Shown: positions 38,061 to 50,617 of the stretch, one piece after another | Position numbering within the stretch: the first letter of the stretch is position 1 | Layout of the letters: every line of letters begins with the position of its first letter | From: Octopus sinensis | Lineage: Eukaryota | NCBI RefSeq assembly: GCF_006345805.1 | Contig: NC_043001.1 | Coordinates: 47,368,001-47,432,000, forward strand | Direction: 5' to 3' | Length of the DNA stretch: 64,000 bases | Made by a program: the position numbers and the translations under genes | The notes under the pieces: generated by a model | Seen by the model: the letters and a program-made list of their open reading frames with translations, nothing else | Databases searched by the model: none | Told to the model about the DNA's origin: nothing

Positions 38061-38611
38061 CAGTTAACTGCCGAGTATCCAGCATGGTTGAGACCCCGAG
38101 AGTTGCGGATTTGTGATTTTGCCAGATTATCAATTATCTTTGACTGACTTTTAAAGAAGAAACGGAGTAACTGGTCTTTCTGCTTTTTTTTTATGTCGTA
38201 AACTGTCGAATATCCAACGTTATATAATTCACACAACCTTTTCACTCACACACCGCTGCCAAGTCTTTTCAACAGTTCAACTTTTTCTTTGATAGACACT
38301 ATACGGTGTTTATTTACGCTTTACACAATGAGAAGCACTCCCTTTATGCTTTGGAATTATGGCTGGGGCTAACAATGAAAAAGGTATAACGATAAAACAA
38401 ATTATAAAACAAACTTTGTAAACAAAGCCCTGCAATTGTTTACAAATGATGCGTGTGTGCTTATGCAGCAAGTAGCGGCAACAAATCGTAGCGGCCGGTT
38501 GGTGCGGTGACCCGGGCAATTTGAAATTATTTGAAAATTTTCTTGCCGAAATTAGTACCGGATTACTGATTTTGCTGGATTACAGGTTGTCGGATAAGTG
38601 GCAGCCTACTG
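38061..38611 (-). mobile_element. Tigger/Jerky-type (pogo) non-autonomous element, 551 bp
   Basis: Imperfect TIRs CAGTTAACTGCCGAGTATCC and CAGTAGGCTGCCACTTATCC, TA on both sides. Broken frame KRKHRIVSIKEKVELLKRLGSGVSVKRLCELYNVGYSTVYDIKKQK is a CENP-B/psq HTH. Confidence 0.85.
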
Positions 38612-38746
38612 TATATTGTGATTTTAACACACACTACCTTATAAGGGCATCTTTTCCGAGATGACTACTGAGCCTGTAGCTTTTCAACGATATGAATGCG
38701 TTATGTCTGTCATATAAGATAAATGATTATATTATTCAGACTACAG

Positions 38747-38788
<42 letters not shown>

Positions 38789-38858
38789 GAGACATCGTGA
38801 AGACCACTTGCATTTTTTTCCCTCTGTCCTCCCACCTCGAGATCTTTCTTTCTCCTAT

Positions 38859-38893
38859 GTTTCCGACGAAGAGCTCCGCTCGAAACGTCATAC
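38859..38893 (+). ncRNA. Hammerhead-like motif, subfamily 2, in a Penelope-like fragment at ~38790-38990
   Basis: GTTT-CCGACGA-A-GAGC-TCC-GCTC-GAAAC-GTC-ATAC. Confidence 0.6.
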
Positions 38894-39285
38894 CCTCCTT
38901 CTTCCCTTCTTTCCTGAGCGCCCAATAATACTTTATTTGTTCCACATCCTCGCGTTGTTGTCTTTTTGTTTTCTTGTTTGGATTAACTTTATATATATAT
39001 ATATATATATGTTTAGAGAAAGATAATACGAATACGAACCCAATGGAATGACTATGAAAGGCACACACAATTAAATAAACATTAAGCTGGGGAAATGTAT
39101 ATTAAAAGCCTAAGACATTATATCAACATTAATCGCGAAATGACAACTAAGAAAATAAATATTTTAAAGAATGTTTTAAGGAACAGTTAATTATATGAAT
39201 ATTGACACAAAGAAGTAACGGATTTAGGTTAATAACAGCCGTTTAAATTTATTATTGCAAAACTCTTATTTATGTTCTATACACA

Positions 39286-39775
39286 AATATTTTTTAAACT
39301 GACTTCCCCCCAGGCATCGTAATTTCGAAAATTTTAATTAACATAACCCGTCTATTACGTAACAACGTTTTAAACTTCCTACCCCTATTACAATTTCTTA
39401 CTCTTTCTATAACCCCTCCTCCTACATTTCTAGTCTCCCTACAATTTTATATCTCTCTCAATTTCATACATCCCCAATATATCTTCTTTCACTCCCCATC
39501 TAATTTTTTTAAGAAATGAGTAATATTTTTTAAAACTGACTTCCCCCCAGGCATCGTAATTTCGAAAATTTTAATTAACATAACCCGTCTATTACGTAAC
39601 AACGTTTTAAACTTCCTACCCCTATTACAATTTCTTACTCTTTCTATAACCCCTCCTCCTACATTTCTAGTCTCCCTACAATTTTATATCTCTCTCAATT
39701 TCATACATCCCCAATATATCTTCTTTCACTCCCCATCTAATTTTTTTAAGAAATGAGTAATATTTTTTAAAAACT
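39286..39775. repeat. Near-perfect 237 bp tandem duplication
   Basis: GACTTCCCCCCAGGCATCG at 39301 and 39538; AATATTTTTTAAA(A)CT at all three junctions. Confidence 0.95.
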
Positions 39776-40710
39776 AAATTTAATACGATTTGCAATGATT
39801 TGAAAGACGAAACTAGAGCATTCAGGAATTTTTTCAGCGTTATCCCTCATGTGTGTGTGATTGTGGTTGTGTTGACGTGAATATTACTATGTTGTGTGAA
39901 GTCAATGGTTGATTGCAAGTGTTTGTGAATTCATACATGTGTACATTCGTGCTCCGTGTGAACGTGTGTGCATTGTAGGTGTTATGTTTTACTGTGAAGT
40001 GGAAATGTGGTAAAGTGTGAAAGTGGAATATATATGTGTGTGGATGTATGTGCGTGTGTAGGCAGTGTGTATGGAGGTGGGGATACCGAAGGAGGTGTTA
40101 TGTATAGACATGTATATAGCATGTATGTATGTATGTATGTATGTATGTATGTATGTATGTATGCATGTATATGTATCCGTTTAATTGCCATTCCATGCTT
40201 GTAGTTGGAGGGCTTCCGTGGTTCAATAACTCTAAAAGCGATGTAGTCGGGAGTCTAGTGCTCCTGGTAGAGCCATCTATAGCGGTGAGATCGAAGAAGA
40301 GAATCCAGAGTTAATAAGCTCAGCGACCCTCCAAGACCCCGACGGAAGGCAGACAACAACAACGCTCGATTGCAATAACGTTTGAACTGGTACAGAGGGT
40401 TTATTTTCCTTCGGATCATTTAAGAAGGCGTTACTCAAGACTTCAAACAAATCAGCGCCAGTCCGTTCCAATTTCATTAGCTGAAAATGCCTGTATATGC
40501 GACGAGAAAATGGTCCTAAAACCAAATTGTGTGAACAACCTGCAAAAAAAAAACAACAACAAAAAACAACACCCACCCTCACCTCATAGAAATAACAAAA
40601 AAACTGCTCATATTTTCTCCAATTGAGAGAAATTGAAACTCTCAGACACAAGAAAGAGCCAATAACAACGATATATGCATCATATTTTTGTGTGTTTTAC
40701 GCGGTCTTGA

Positions 40711-41043
40711 AGGGTTGAGTCGAACAAATCGACCTAAATAAGTATTTATTTCTTAAGTTTGGTACTTATTCTATCGATTCTCTCTTACGAACCTCTAAGT
40801 TATGGAGACGTAAACAAACCGGTGACAGTTGTTAATCAGTTGTGGGGTGAACACAAACAAATGCAGATGCCTACATGCATGCACACACGCATACACACGA
40901 CGGGCTTGCATACAGTTTCCGTCTGCCAAATTCGTGGGTCCGGGGTCATAGTAAAAACAACAGTTACCCAAAGTGCCGCAGAGTGGGACCGAACTCGAAA
41001 CCACGTGATTGTAAAGAAAGCTTATAACCACGTAGCTATGCCT
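40711..41043 (-). mobile_element. SINE family A, degenerate full copy
   Basis: TTACCCAAAGTGCCGCAGAGTGGGACCGAACTCG head; GAACCTCTAAGTTATGGAGACGTAAACA 3' part. Confidence 0.8.
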
Positions 41044-41044
41044 T

Positions 41045-41187
41045 CACGTATGTGTGTGTGTGTGTATGCGCGTGTGTTTTTGTGTTTGAGTGTGTGTATG
41101 AGTGTGTGTGTGAGTGTGTGCACGCGCGTGTATACATACATACATATATATACACGCACGCGTGCACATCCAGTATATATGTATAAA

Positions 41188-41234
<47 letters not shown>

Positions 41235-41322
41235 TATGTATGTATATATATTATATATATATATATATGTATGTATATATATATATAATATATATGTATG
41301 TGTATATATATATATATATATA

Positions 41323-41359
<37 letters not shown>

Positions 41360-41466
41360 TGTATATGTATATTATATATATGTATATGTATATATATGTA
41401 TATATATATATATATGTATATGTATATGTATATGTATATATATATATATGTATATGTATATGTATA

Positions 41467-41522
<56 letters not shown>

Positions 41523-41570
41523 ATATATGTATATATGTGTGTGTGTGTGTTTGTATGTGTGTGTGTATTC
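41045..41570. repeat. (GT)n/(AT)n/(ATATGT)n microsatellite field
   Basis: Directly visible; source of the 272 aa pseudo-ORF. Confidence 0.95.
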
Positions 41571-42077
41571 CTTATAATACGCACACGTTACTAATGTTTT
41601 ATTATTTTACTCATTCCCTTTTCAGAGCGTGGAATTTATAACCGTCGGTCACACACACACAGACAGACACACACACACACACACACACATTGTTATTCAG
41701 TCTCTCTCCACCCTCTCTCTCTCTCATGTTTCTATCTCTGCCCTCAGTATTCGCTGGTTAGAGAATACAATTGCCATATGCCGGATGCTAAACAAACCCA
41801 AATAACGATAATCTTCTCTACAGGTGCGAGGCTCATTGTTTTCTTTCTTTGCATAAAGGATTTGAAATTCAGATGATTGGATTGACGTCACCACAACATT
41901 TGCTCTTGCTCAATCTCTGCCTTTTTCAAAGTTAAACATCTTTCACCCGCAATGATTTTTCATATTCTGGCATTAATGAACATTGAGGACAAACAGTTAA
42001 AAGAATGTCTGGAAGGTTACATTCTTTGGTTACATTCTTTGCAAGGATAGTAACACAAATGAATCTAAAGACGCGAC

Positions 42078-42137
<60 letters not shown>

Positions 42138-42139
<2 letters not shown>

Positions 42140-42541
42140 TCCTTTCTACTAAAGGCACAAGGCCTGAAATTTGGGGGGGGGAGGGGAGTAATTGATTGCA
42201 TCGATCCAAGTATTTCACTGGTGCTTAATTCATCGACCCCGAAAGGATGGAAAGCGAAGTCGACTTCGGCGGAATTTGAACTCAGAACGTAGCGTCGGGC
42301 GAAATACTTATTTCTTTACTACCCACAAGGGGCTAAAGACACAGAACGGACAAACAAGGACAGACAAACAGATTAAGTCGATTATATCGACCTCAGTACG
42401 TAACTGGTACTTATTTAATCGACCCCGAAAGGATAAAAGGCAAAGTTCACCTCGGCGGAATTTGAACTCAGAACGTAGGGGCAGACGAAATACCGCTAAG
42501 CATTTTGTCCAGTGCACTAACGATTCTTCTAGTTCGCCGCC
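42138..42541 (-). mobile_element. SINE family N dimer (tail A unit + tail B unit)
   Basis: Two cores with internal TTTCTTTACTACCCACAAGGGGCT; ends against (AAT)n. Confidence 0.88.
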
Positions 42542-42580
42542 TTTTCATTAACCACAAAGGTCTACATTAAATAATAATAA

Positions 42581-42765
42581 GACAAGCGTTTGGTGGATAT
42601 TGGAATAGAATGCCCTTAGTTTGCCTCTTAGGGACAGGAAAGATTATCAGGAGGGTTTTCGGCACTTGGAAGATTATTGAAAGCTTGTGGATATCTTAGG
42701 TTATTGGTAGTAACCCTCTACTAACATAAATTCTAACAGAAATAAGAACGAACCTGAGTCAAATC
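42581..42765 (+). mobile_element. Second R4/Dong-like 3' fragment
   Basis: LVDIGIECP / VCLLGTGKIIRRVFGTW, bounded by AAT repeats on both sides. Confidence 0.65.
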
Positions 42766-42773
42766 ATTAATAA

Positions 42774-43354
42774 TATTACTATAATGGGCAATTATGTCCG
42801 TCTGTCTGTCTGTTTCCTCTTCACGGTCAAACGGCTGGATCAACGGTCACGATGTTTTTCGAGATTACGAAGGAGGTAATCAGGAATGTTTTTAGCGAAC
42901 AAAATGTGAAAAACTATGATTATTTAGTGGATATTGAGTTTTGTATTAATAAATCACCTTTGATTTGTTTTTTGTTAAAATTCCGATGACGAGGATTAAC
43001 TCTGGATTTCCTGTCCCCCAGCACAGTTCGTGAATTTAGAGGGTTTAGATTTGCGATACTATCCCTTTATTTCTCATCGTAGATGGGCAGATTTGCTATC
43101 TTACTATAATGGGCGTTAAGTCCGTCTGTCCTTTTCTTTGTCTGTTCCCTCTTCACGGCCAGACGGCTGGATCAATGGTTACGATATTTTTCGGGATTAC
43201 AAAGACGGTCGTCAGGAAAGGTTTTAGCATTAAATTTCTCTAGGACATCGCCCAGTAATCTATCAAGTCTATTGACACATGGCTCCATACATACAGCTGT
43301 TATGACTTCCCTCCTTTATTTTATAATTCCATCGTAGATGGATAGATTTGCTAG
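42774..43354 (+). mobile_element. Head-to-tail dimer of a non-autonomous Helitron
   Basis: 5' T(C/A)TTACTATAATGGGC..GTCCGTCTGTC..ACGGCTGGATCAA at 42774 and 43099. 3' hairpin CATC-GTA-GATG followed by ATTTGCTA(G) at 43098 and 43354. Flanks are A and T. Confidence 0.8.
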
Positions 43355-43410
43355 TTATGATAATAATAATAATGATAATAATAATATAATAATAATAATA
43401 ATAATAATAA

Positions 43411-43882
43411 TTCTTTCTTTATTGGCCACAAGGGCTGCATGCAAAGCAAATCGGACGATACAAAGAAAAGAATTGTGAGGGTTTACATAAAACACCTGTA
43501 AACAATAAAACACAAAAAAAATCAATAAAATAATAAATAAATATTTCCCCAAAAGGCGAGAGCATCATCAAGGGGCAACCAAAAACCCTACACACTGTGA
43601 ACAACCCAACCACCTTGATCAACTCTGGGAGGTACTCCTCTTCATCACCTCCGGCCTACTGGCGTATGCTCAGGGTAGGCCCATTCACATGTGTATCCTC
43701 GTCACAATACACCAACCTTCCAACAAAAATACTGGGGGAATGGGAAGCACTTCCCTCTCCATCCTCATTTCTCGATGAGAGTTTGGCCGAAGAGGAAAGT
43801 ATCTGTTCTCAACCCTTTCGACATCGTCCAAAATACTGCCTCTTTCGCTATAGCCATCACGCAGACGAAAACTACCAGCGCA
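43411..43882 (-). mobile_element. Tx1/L1-like LINE 3' end
   Basis: Broken frame VMAIAKEAVFWTMSKGLRTDTFLFGQTLIE / MRMEREVL..EGW, followed by a 3' UTR ending GCAGCCCTTGTGGCCAATAAAGAAAGAA and (ATT)n. It sits between (AAT)n and (AAG)n. Confidence 0.6.
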
Positions 43883-43972
43883 AGAAGAAGAAGAAGAAGA
43901 AGAAGAAGAAGAAGAAGAAGAAGAAGAAGAAGAAGAAGAAGAAGAAGAAGAAGAAGAAGAAGAAGAAGAAGA
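43882..43972. repeat. Pure (AAG)n tract of about 30 units
   Basis: Directly visible. Confidence 0.97.
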
Positions 43973-44062
43973 ATTCTTTCTATTTTGGGCATAAGGCCAG
44001 TAATTTTGAGAAAGAAAAGCAAAGTCGACCTGCAAGCATGCCGCCTTAACAACAACAACAAC

Positions 44063-44119
<57 letters not shown>

Positions 44120-44289
44120 TATAATAATAATAATAATAATAGATGATATTTCTAATTTAGGAACCAGGCCAGAAAATATAGAATGAAGTGGCGTTAGTCG
44201 ATACGAAACGACTCCAGTATTTCATAGGCACCTAGTTTGTATTTACATTAGAATCATGGAAGGCAAGGCTGTCCAAGACGTATTTTTTT

Positions 44290-44960
44290 TCACATTCTCG
44301 AAAAGTTTGTACAAAGCGGTAGAATTTTCTTTGTCTCGACATCTGAAGAAGTGGATATGCTGCTACATCTCTCCTTGATGTCATTAGCCGTCATGGCCGT
44401 GTAGTGTGTCTTAATATCATCAGCTAGTAGGAAGTTGGTTCAATAGACCTTCGAGAGGTAAGATCCTCCCAGTGTGAATGCGGGCTTGCTTCTATGGAAT
44501 CGTGCGATGGTTGAAGCGATGTATTTTAGATATGAATAGGCAACCTTGACATTATGGTAATTGAGAAGTTTATGGTATCTGTGAGATCCAGAGAAATGTC
44601 GTATAAGTTCAGAAAGCTTCTGGCTATTTTGGTAGAACATCTAAGTTGAATGGAGAATTGTGCAAAGTAACCATTCGTTTTCTAATTCTCTTATACTTTA
44701 AAAATGCAGCAGGGAGTTCTCCAAGTATACTAACTTGTTAGTAAAGTCACACCTCTCAGGAGCTTCATTGTAATGGGGTGCTGCCACGTTAAAGATATCT
44801 CCATTTGACGACAAATTGGAAATTCTGTTGCTGATACCTGCTGATGATAGTTAGAGGGTGGTTGGAATGTTTATGAAAGTAAACCATTTCCTCGTTGTGT
44901 TTTCTTTAGAGGTAGTTTTTACCCGTCTTTAGGTCTAGGGTAACATCCAAGACATCGGTC
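44290..44960 (-). mobile_element. Penelope-like element remnant (RT C-terminus, linker, start of GIY-YIG)
   Basis: LDVTLDLKTGK..YFHKHSNHPLTII; RISNLSSNGDIFNVAAPHYNEA; RHFSGSHRYHKLLNYHNVKVAYS; HYTAMTANDIKER..NSTAL. Confidence 0.85.
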
Positions 44961-45031
44961 TTTATTAAGTTATGAACAGACCGAACTCTTCACACACACA
45001 CACACACACATCTGTTTCTCTCTTTTTCTCC

Positions 45032-45062
<31 letters not shown>

Positions 45063-45229
45063 CATACATACACTGGTATGCACTTTATCCACTTCGAAAG
45101 GGCGCTAGAAACCCCACCTCTTTCTCTCTTAAAAATATATGTGTATGTATGTGTATATGTATATATGTATATTCAGAATACTGTGATACTGTGAACATAC
45201 ACACATGCATGCATACATACATACATACA

Positions 45230-45261
<32 letters not shown>

Positions 45262-46201
45262 CACATACACACATGCACATATATTTTATGAGAGTGAGAG
45301 AGGGGTGATTGTAGCGTCCCTTTGAAGAAGCAAAGTGCATACCAGTATTTAATCCAGTACACTCCCTCGCTTATACATTCGAGAAGTTGTCCCAAATTTA
45401 GAAATGAATATTATCCACAGACTGAGAGACATCTAAACTTCAAGGCAGTAATCGATAATTCAGTTGGAATAGAATAAAGAAATGAAGCATGTGTGTGTCT
45501 GTGGAGAGAGAGAGAGAGGGAAAGAGATAGAGAGATAGAGAGAAAGAGAGAGGGGAGAGGGGGGAGTGAATGTGGGTAATAGGCCGTGAGATAGGAAGTA
45601 ATTACATTTGGATACTTAATTAGTAAATGTGTATTGCTTGAGATTCCCTTATTTAATCTCCTGGTCGATGACTCAATCTTGCCCCGAGTGAGTCGTTCCC
45701 AGCTCTGAGTCAGTTACTCGAGCTGAAAAAAACAAAAAGGGTTCGTCAGACGAAAACGTATTGAAAATGTCCTTTCAATGAGAAAATGGGAACACCTGCC
45801 GGGACAGGATTTCTACTAACATGCAATATCAGAAAATTATAAGTCAGACAACAACAAAAACATTATTGTTGTTGCTGTTGTTTTTATTATTATTATTATC
45901 ATTATTACCACCAAAAATAATGATAATTGTAAAAATAGTTCTTTTTATGCCGGTTGGAACCGGTGTTATTTAGCGGAATAAAGGGAGAAAGTTGTAAGTT
46001 TCAAAGCGGTTCCAACTGAGAAATTTGAATGAAACTGAGTTGCAGTTTTATTTTGGTAACAACCTGCCCCTTCTCAGCCACTTTTATAATGAAATACGAA
46101 ATCAATAATAACTGAGTAAGCATTAAACTTGATGCTTCTAGGAAAGTCTTATACGATGATTTTGCCAAAGTCATTGATTAACTTTATAGCACTGTCTGGA
46201 A

Positions 46202-46224
46202 CAGTGGTTCTCAACCTGGGGTCC
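46202..46224 (+). mobile_element. Solo hAT-Charlie-type terminal inverted repeat
   Basis: CAGTGGTTCTCAACCTGGGGTCC; no partner TIR found. Confidence 0.55.
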
Positions 46225-47230
46225 GATTTTGGATGCCTTAGTTCATATTAGTGGAAGAAACTATATACCAGATGCTGGGAGTTAGCAGTCGCCTACAAGA
46301 AGCCGATCAGGAATCGGGACTTATGTAATATTTACTTTACATAAGCGATTTTGCGGAGACAGCGAAGGCATCGGAAATTTTTTCTGCAATTGAGTGGCAA
46401 ATCGCCAACAATTTTAGAAATTTTTACACCAAAATATAATCGTATGTTCATAGTGGGTATTTGTATGCATACGCATTTCTCACGTGCATTGCCGTAGAAT
46501 ATAGTATGCTGGTAGCTTGGCAATAACCTGTCTAGACATGCACAGTAAGGTCACACTCGCGGGTGCACGCATGCGTATACAGCGCACTGTATCGGCCGTT
46601 TTGCTGGCAATTTTGGTCTCAAATGAGTGGTCTGTGATTATGGATGCAGCTTTAAAACTCTATTATTCACAGTGCAATTTGATTAAGCAGACTTTCCTTT
46701 TTGCAAGTGGTCTTGTACGCACGTGTGATTTCATCAACTTCAATTGGTCTCAGACGATTTACCGTTACAGAGAAATTCATCATCTTCGTAATCTAATGTA
46801 AGTTTACATACACTGTTTTATATTATTGTGCGTTAGGGTTATGATTACTCGATCATAGTTATTTTCAAAGTAAAATAAAGCTATCAAGTCGAATAATTTT
46901 GCCAAATCGAATGTGAAGATGTAGTTTATCAATTACCATTAGTTGCACGGTTGACACCATGTAAATTTCTGTTTTTTAGAATGAATCCAAGAAAGAAAAT
47001 GGAATATGACATATCCTTCTTGAAATTTGGCTTTACTGTTATAATTTCAAATGGGAGGATACCACTATTCGGTCAAAAAGCGATAATACTTTCAAGGAGT
47101 GCTTTTTGTGCAAAACATTATACAAAACGGAATATTAGGTTGTTTTTTTTTAAATTTCGACACAAAACCACACGTTTAAAAAAAAACAAGAATGCGATCA
47201 GCACGAGCTATTGAGGAAAAGCTCTATGCG

Positions 47231-47416
47231 GTCAGCTCACCAGACAAAAATGACAGCCAAATTTCTCTTAAACGTTGCATCGTATTAAAATATAAACACA
47301 GGACATTTTAGATAATGTAGTTAAACACGTTTCTAAGACGCCGAGATGATTGTAGCTGGAGTGCTATTAATCATAGATCTGTTTCATGAAGGCTGACCTG
47401 GAGCTCAACAACAACA
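47231..47416 (+). repeat. Family B copy
   Basis: GACAGCCAAATTTCTC..GGACATTTTAGATAATGTAG..GGCTGACCTGGAGCTCAACAACAAC. Confidence 0.7.
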
Positions 47417-49643
47417 AATGAAATGAGATTGTCTGTAGTTAATTCATTTTTCAAAGTCATTAGCAGCTTAAAAGACAGAAGTAAATAGTGTAGTATATGG
47501 GTATATATGGCATCAGGACAACCACTTTATGAGTCTTAAGTTCAAATCTAGTAGTTGTGTATTTAGACACCATGTCTCATTCTGCATGCCTTAGTTCATA
47601 TTAGTGGAAGAAACTATATACCAGATGTTGTTGTTGTTGTTAAGCAACAAGACGGGTAAGGGTGATTAGGTGATGGTCTAGGGCTTAGGGGCGGGAGACC
47701 CCAGACCTTGGGAAAAAAAACTTTGGTCGTCTTTTTGTAGTCGAGGGCTCTTCGTTGACGCCCGACATCACTGGGAGGTGGCCCTCGAAGTCGCTGGAAA
47801 TGGAGATCTCCAGGTCCAAATTCTTGAACGGCTATACTGGGAGTTAGCAGCCGCCTACAAGAAGCCGATCAGGAATCGGGACTTATGGGATATTTACCTT
47901 ACATTAGCAGTGTTAGAAAACTGCATTGATTATTACAGAGAACTTAAACCGGATCGTTGACTAGGTTTCCCTAGGAATTTACCACTTCCTACAATAGCGA
48001 GTAAACTGTTTCAGTGTGTTTAAATGAAAATGCGTAACTCATTTTATTGTGTTCGAAAGTAACACTCAAATGCGTTTCTCCTACCATGTTTCAAAATAAG
48101 GAAAAATCATGTATTCATGTAGTCCTTAGATCTGTATGATGTCGGCTATATATTTACTGTGTATTTGCGTGAAAAGTTTGACATTTAAACAATTAAACTG
48201 ATTTTAATTTACAGAGAGTGTTTGTTGCGCCAACGTTGTTGTTTATTGTGAATTGACATTTATTGCCTGAGATGTTATAGAGTAAAAGAGCGCCGATATT
48301 CACGCCTTAGAGTTTACGCACACACATATGATACTCACACAAATATGATACTCACACACATATGATACTCACACACACTTGCACACACTAACACACACAC
48401 AAATATGAGATAGAAAAAGGTGAGAGAGAGAGAGAGAGAAAGCGTGAGAGAGAAACAGAGAGACGTAGAGATTGAGATTTACAGGGTAAGGGTCGTTCAA
48501 AATCTATGATTTATTCAACAATTATTAAATTAATCAACGAGTGTTAATTAACATCAGGCAAAGTAAATATAAACAACAAAATTGAATACTTATTTCTAAT
48601 ACCGCACGAGGAAATGGTAAACATTTTAAATTGAATATGAAATAAGGTAAAACGAAAAGAACAAGCTTGGATGCAAACTGATATTAACTTCACCTTAAAA
48701 TTAAAGATTAAAAATATATAAAGAGAAACCAGGTTAATATGTTTTTTGGTGGTAGTGGTGGTGGTGGTTGGGGATATATGTGTGTAAATAATCTATGGTA
48801 ACTGCGGGAAATTGTATGAGGAAACTTCGCCAGAACTTTTAAAATTATAAGGGATAGACTGTAACAGAAAAGAAAACTGAATAGTAGTGAAAATATTTGC
48901 TTGCTTAGTCGAAGACTAGTTTAGCAGAGCCTTTGTAATAACTGCATCGTTTGCGCAGATGGATTAGACATGAACAAAAAAGAAACCCATCCTTAAAAAA
49001 AATGGCTATTATTAAAATAAATGTTTGATGTTTGAGCTTGAACCACGGAAAAGAGATTGGATTTTTACGAAACTTTGCTTCCATTGTCAACAGCATCTTT
49101 TTGTTTTCTTTTTTCCTGAAGCTCACCATAAAGCGACATCATTTTCTTTTTCAGGATCAGGAACGAATGTCACGATTATTCGTTCACAGAATATCATTTC
49201 CATGTCTCTGCGCAATGTTTACCAGTTTCTTTGAGCTATTGACATAACACTATCGGCTCAAATTACAAAATATATTAAAAGATGAGAACGATTTTATATT
49301 TCTATTAACTTCAACAGTAATCATTCACTGGGTCGATTACACTTCTTTGCGAATTAACATTTTGGCACGCGATGTCTGAGAATAAGATTGATTCCCAGAA
49401 GTATTATAGCACACATGATTCTCAGAATTATTATAACATATATATATATTATTATATATATTGTATAATGATATTACTCCCAGATGCATTACGACATATA
49501 AAACGCAAGGACCTGGAAAGTACTCTAACAGCGGTTACATACATGATCTGATAAGCTTTTTCCTATTTTAAGTTAAAATTTCACAGGGACAATTTAAACT
49601 TTTATCTTTCAGGCTGATCAAATATAAAGTATGCAATATATGC

Positions 49644-49649
<6 letters not shown>

Positions 49650-49705
<56 letters not shown>

Positions 49706-49749
49706 TATATACATATATATATACATATATATATACATATATATATACA

Positions 49750-49780
<31 letters not shown>

Positions 49781-49792
49781 CATATATAATAC

Positions 49793-49827
<35 letters not shown>

Positions 49828-49901
49828 CATATTTTATATATATATATACATATTTTATATATATATATATATATATATACATATTTTATATATATATATA
49901 C

Positions 49902-49944
<43 letters not shown>

Positions 49945-49995
49945 TATATATTATATGTATGTATGCATGTATGTGTGTGTGTGTGTGTGTGATAC
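49650..49995. repeat. (AT)n-rich compound microsatellite
   Basis: Directly visible. Confidence 0.95.
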
Positions 49996-50167
49996 GAATG
50001 CAAGTAACAAATCCGATTTTAAAAGAATCTTAAATCAGTGGTTTATGCTAACAGACCAAGAACACTACAAGCTCTAAAAGATAACATCACCCAAGAAATT
50101 GAAACCGTAAGAGGGACTAACTCTATGCTCAGAAATGTGCAAAGATCATGTCTCTCGAGTAAGAAAG

Positions 50168-50350
50168 TGTCTGGAAGAGGGTGGAAATCAACTGAACACT
50201 TATTGTAAACTGTAAATTGTTATATAATGAATTGCCTATAGGTCCAAACGCTTGCATGGAAGAAGGTGGAAGTCAGTTCGAACACTTATTGTAAACTATA
50301 AATTGTTATGTAATAAATTGCTCATTGGTCCAAACTTTTGCACCACTCTG
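50168..50350 (+). mobile_element. Tandemly duplicated 3' end of a Tc1/mariner element
   Basis: CLEEGGNQ and CMEEGGSQFEHLL* are 85 bp apart; ends with TIR-like GGTCCAAACTTTTGCACCACTCTG. Confidence 0.7.
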
Positions 50351-50564
50351 GATATAATATATGATAAAAGTTTAAAATATATGGTAAAAATTAAATATTA
50401 ATCTTTTACCAGTGGCCAGCGTGAGTGAAAATGTCCGTAGACTGTAAATATTATCATATTATATGTGTGTATAAGAGTATATATGTGGGAAAGCTACTAA
50501 GTGGTTTTCAATCACGTTAGAAATGGGCGTTAAATCACAAACCACGAAAAAGCTATTCTTATAC

Positions 50565-50581
50565 ATACATATAATATATAT

Positions 50582-50617
<36 letters not shown>

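Noticed and set aside
39055-39190. Possible Helitron helicase C-terminus (GEMYIKSLR...NVL)
   Set aside because: The similarity is too weak in AT-rich DNA.
40277-40651. Minus-strand ORF after a strong-looking acceptor (TTTTGCAG near 40541)
   Set aside because: No clear donor or domain, and the distal half overlaps a probable retroelement fragment.
49156-49247. Acceptor TTTTCTTTTTCAG| followed by short open frames
   Set aside because: All three frames stop within about 90 nt, with no donor and no motif.
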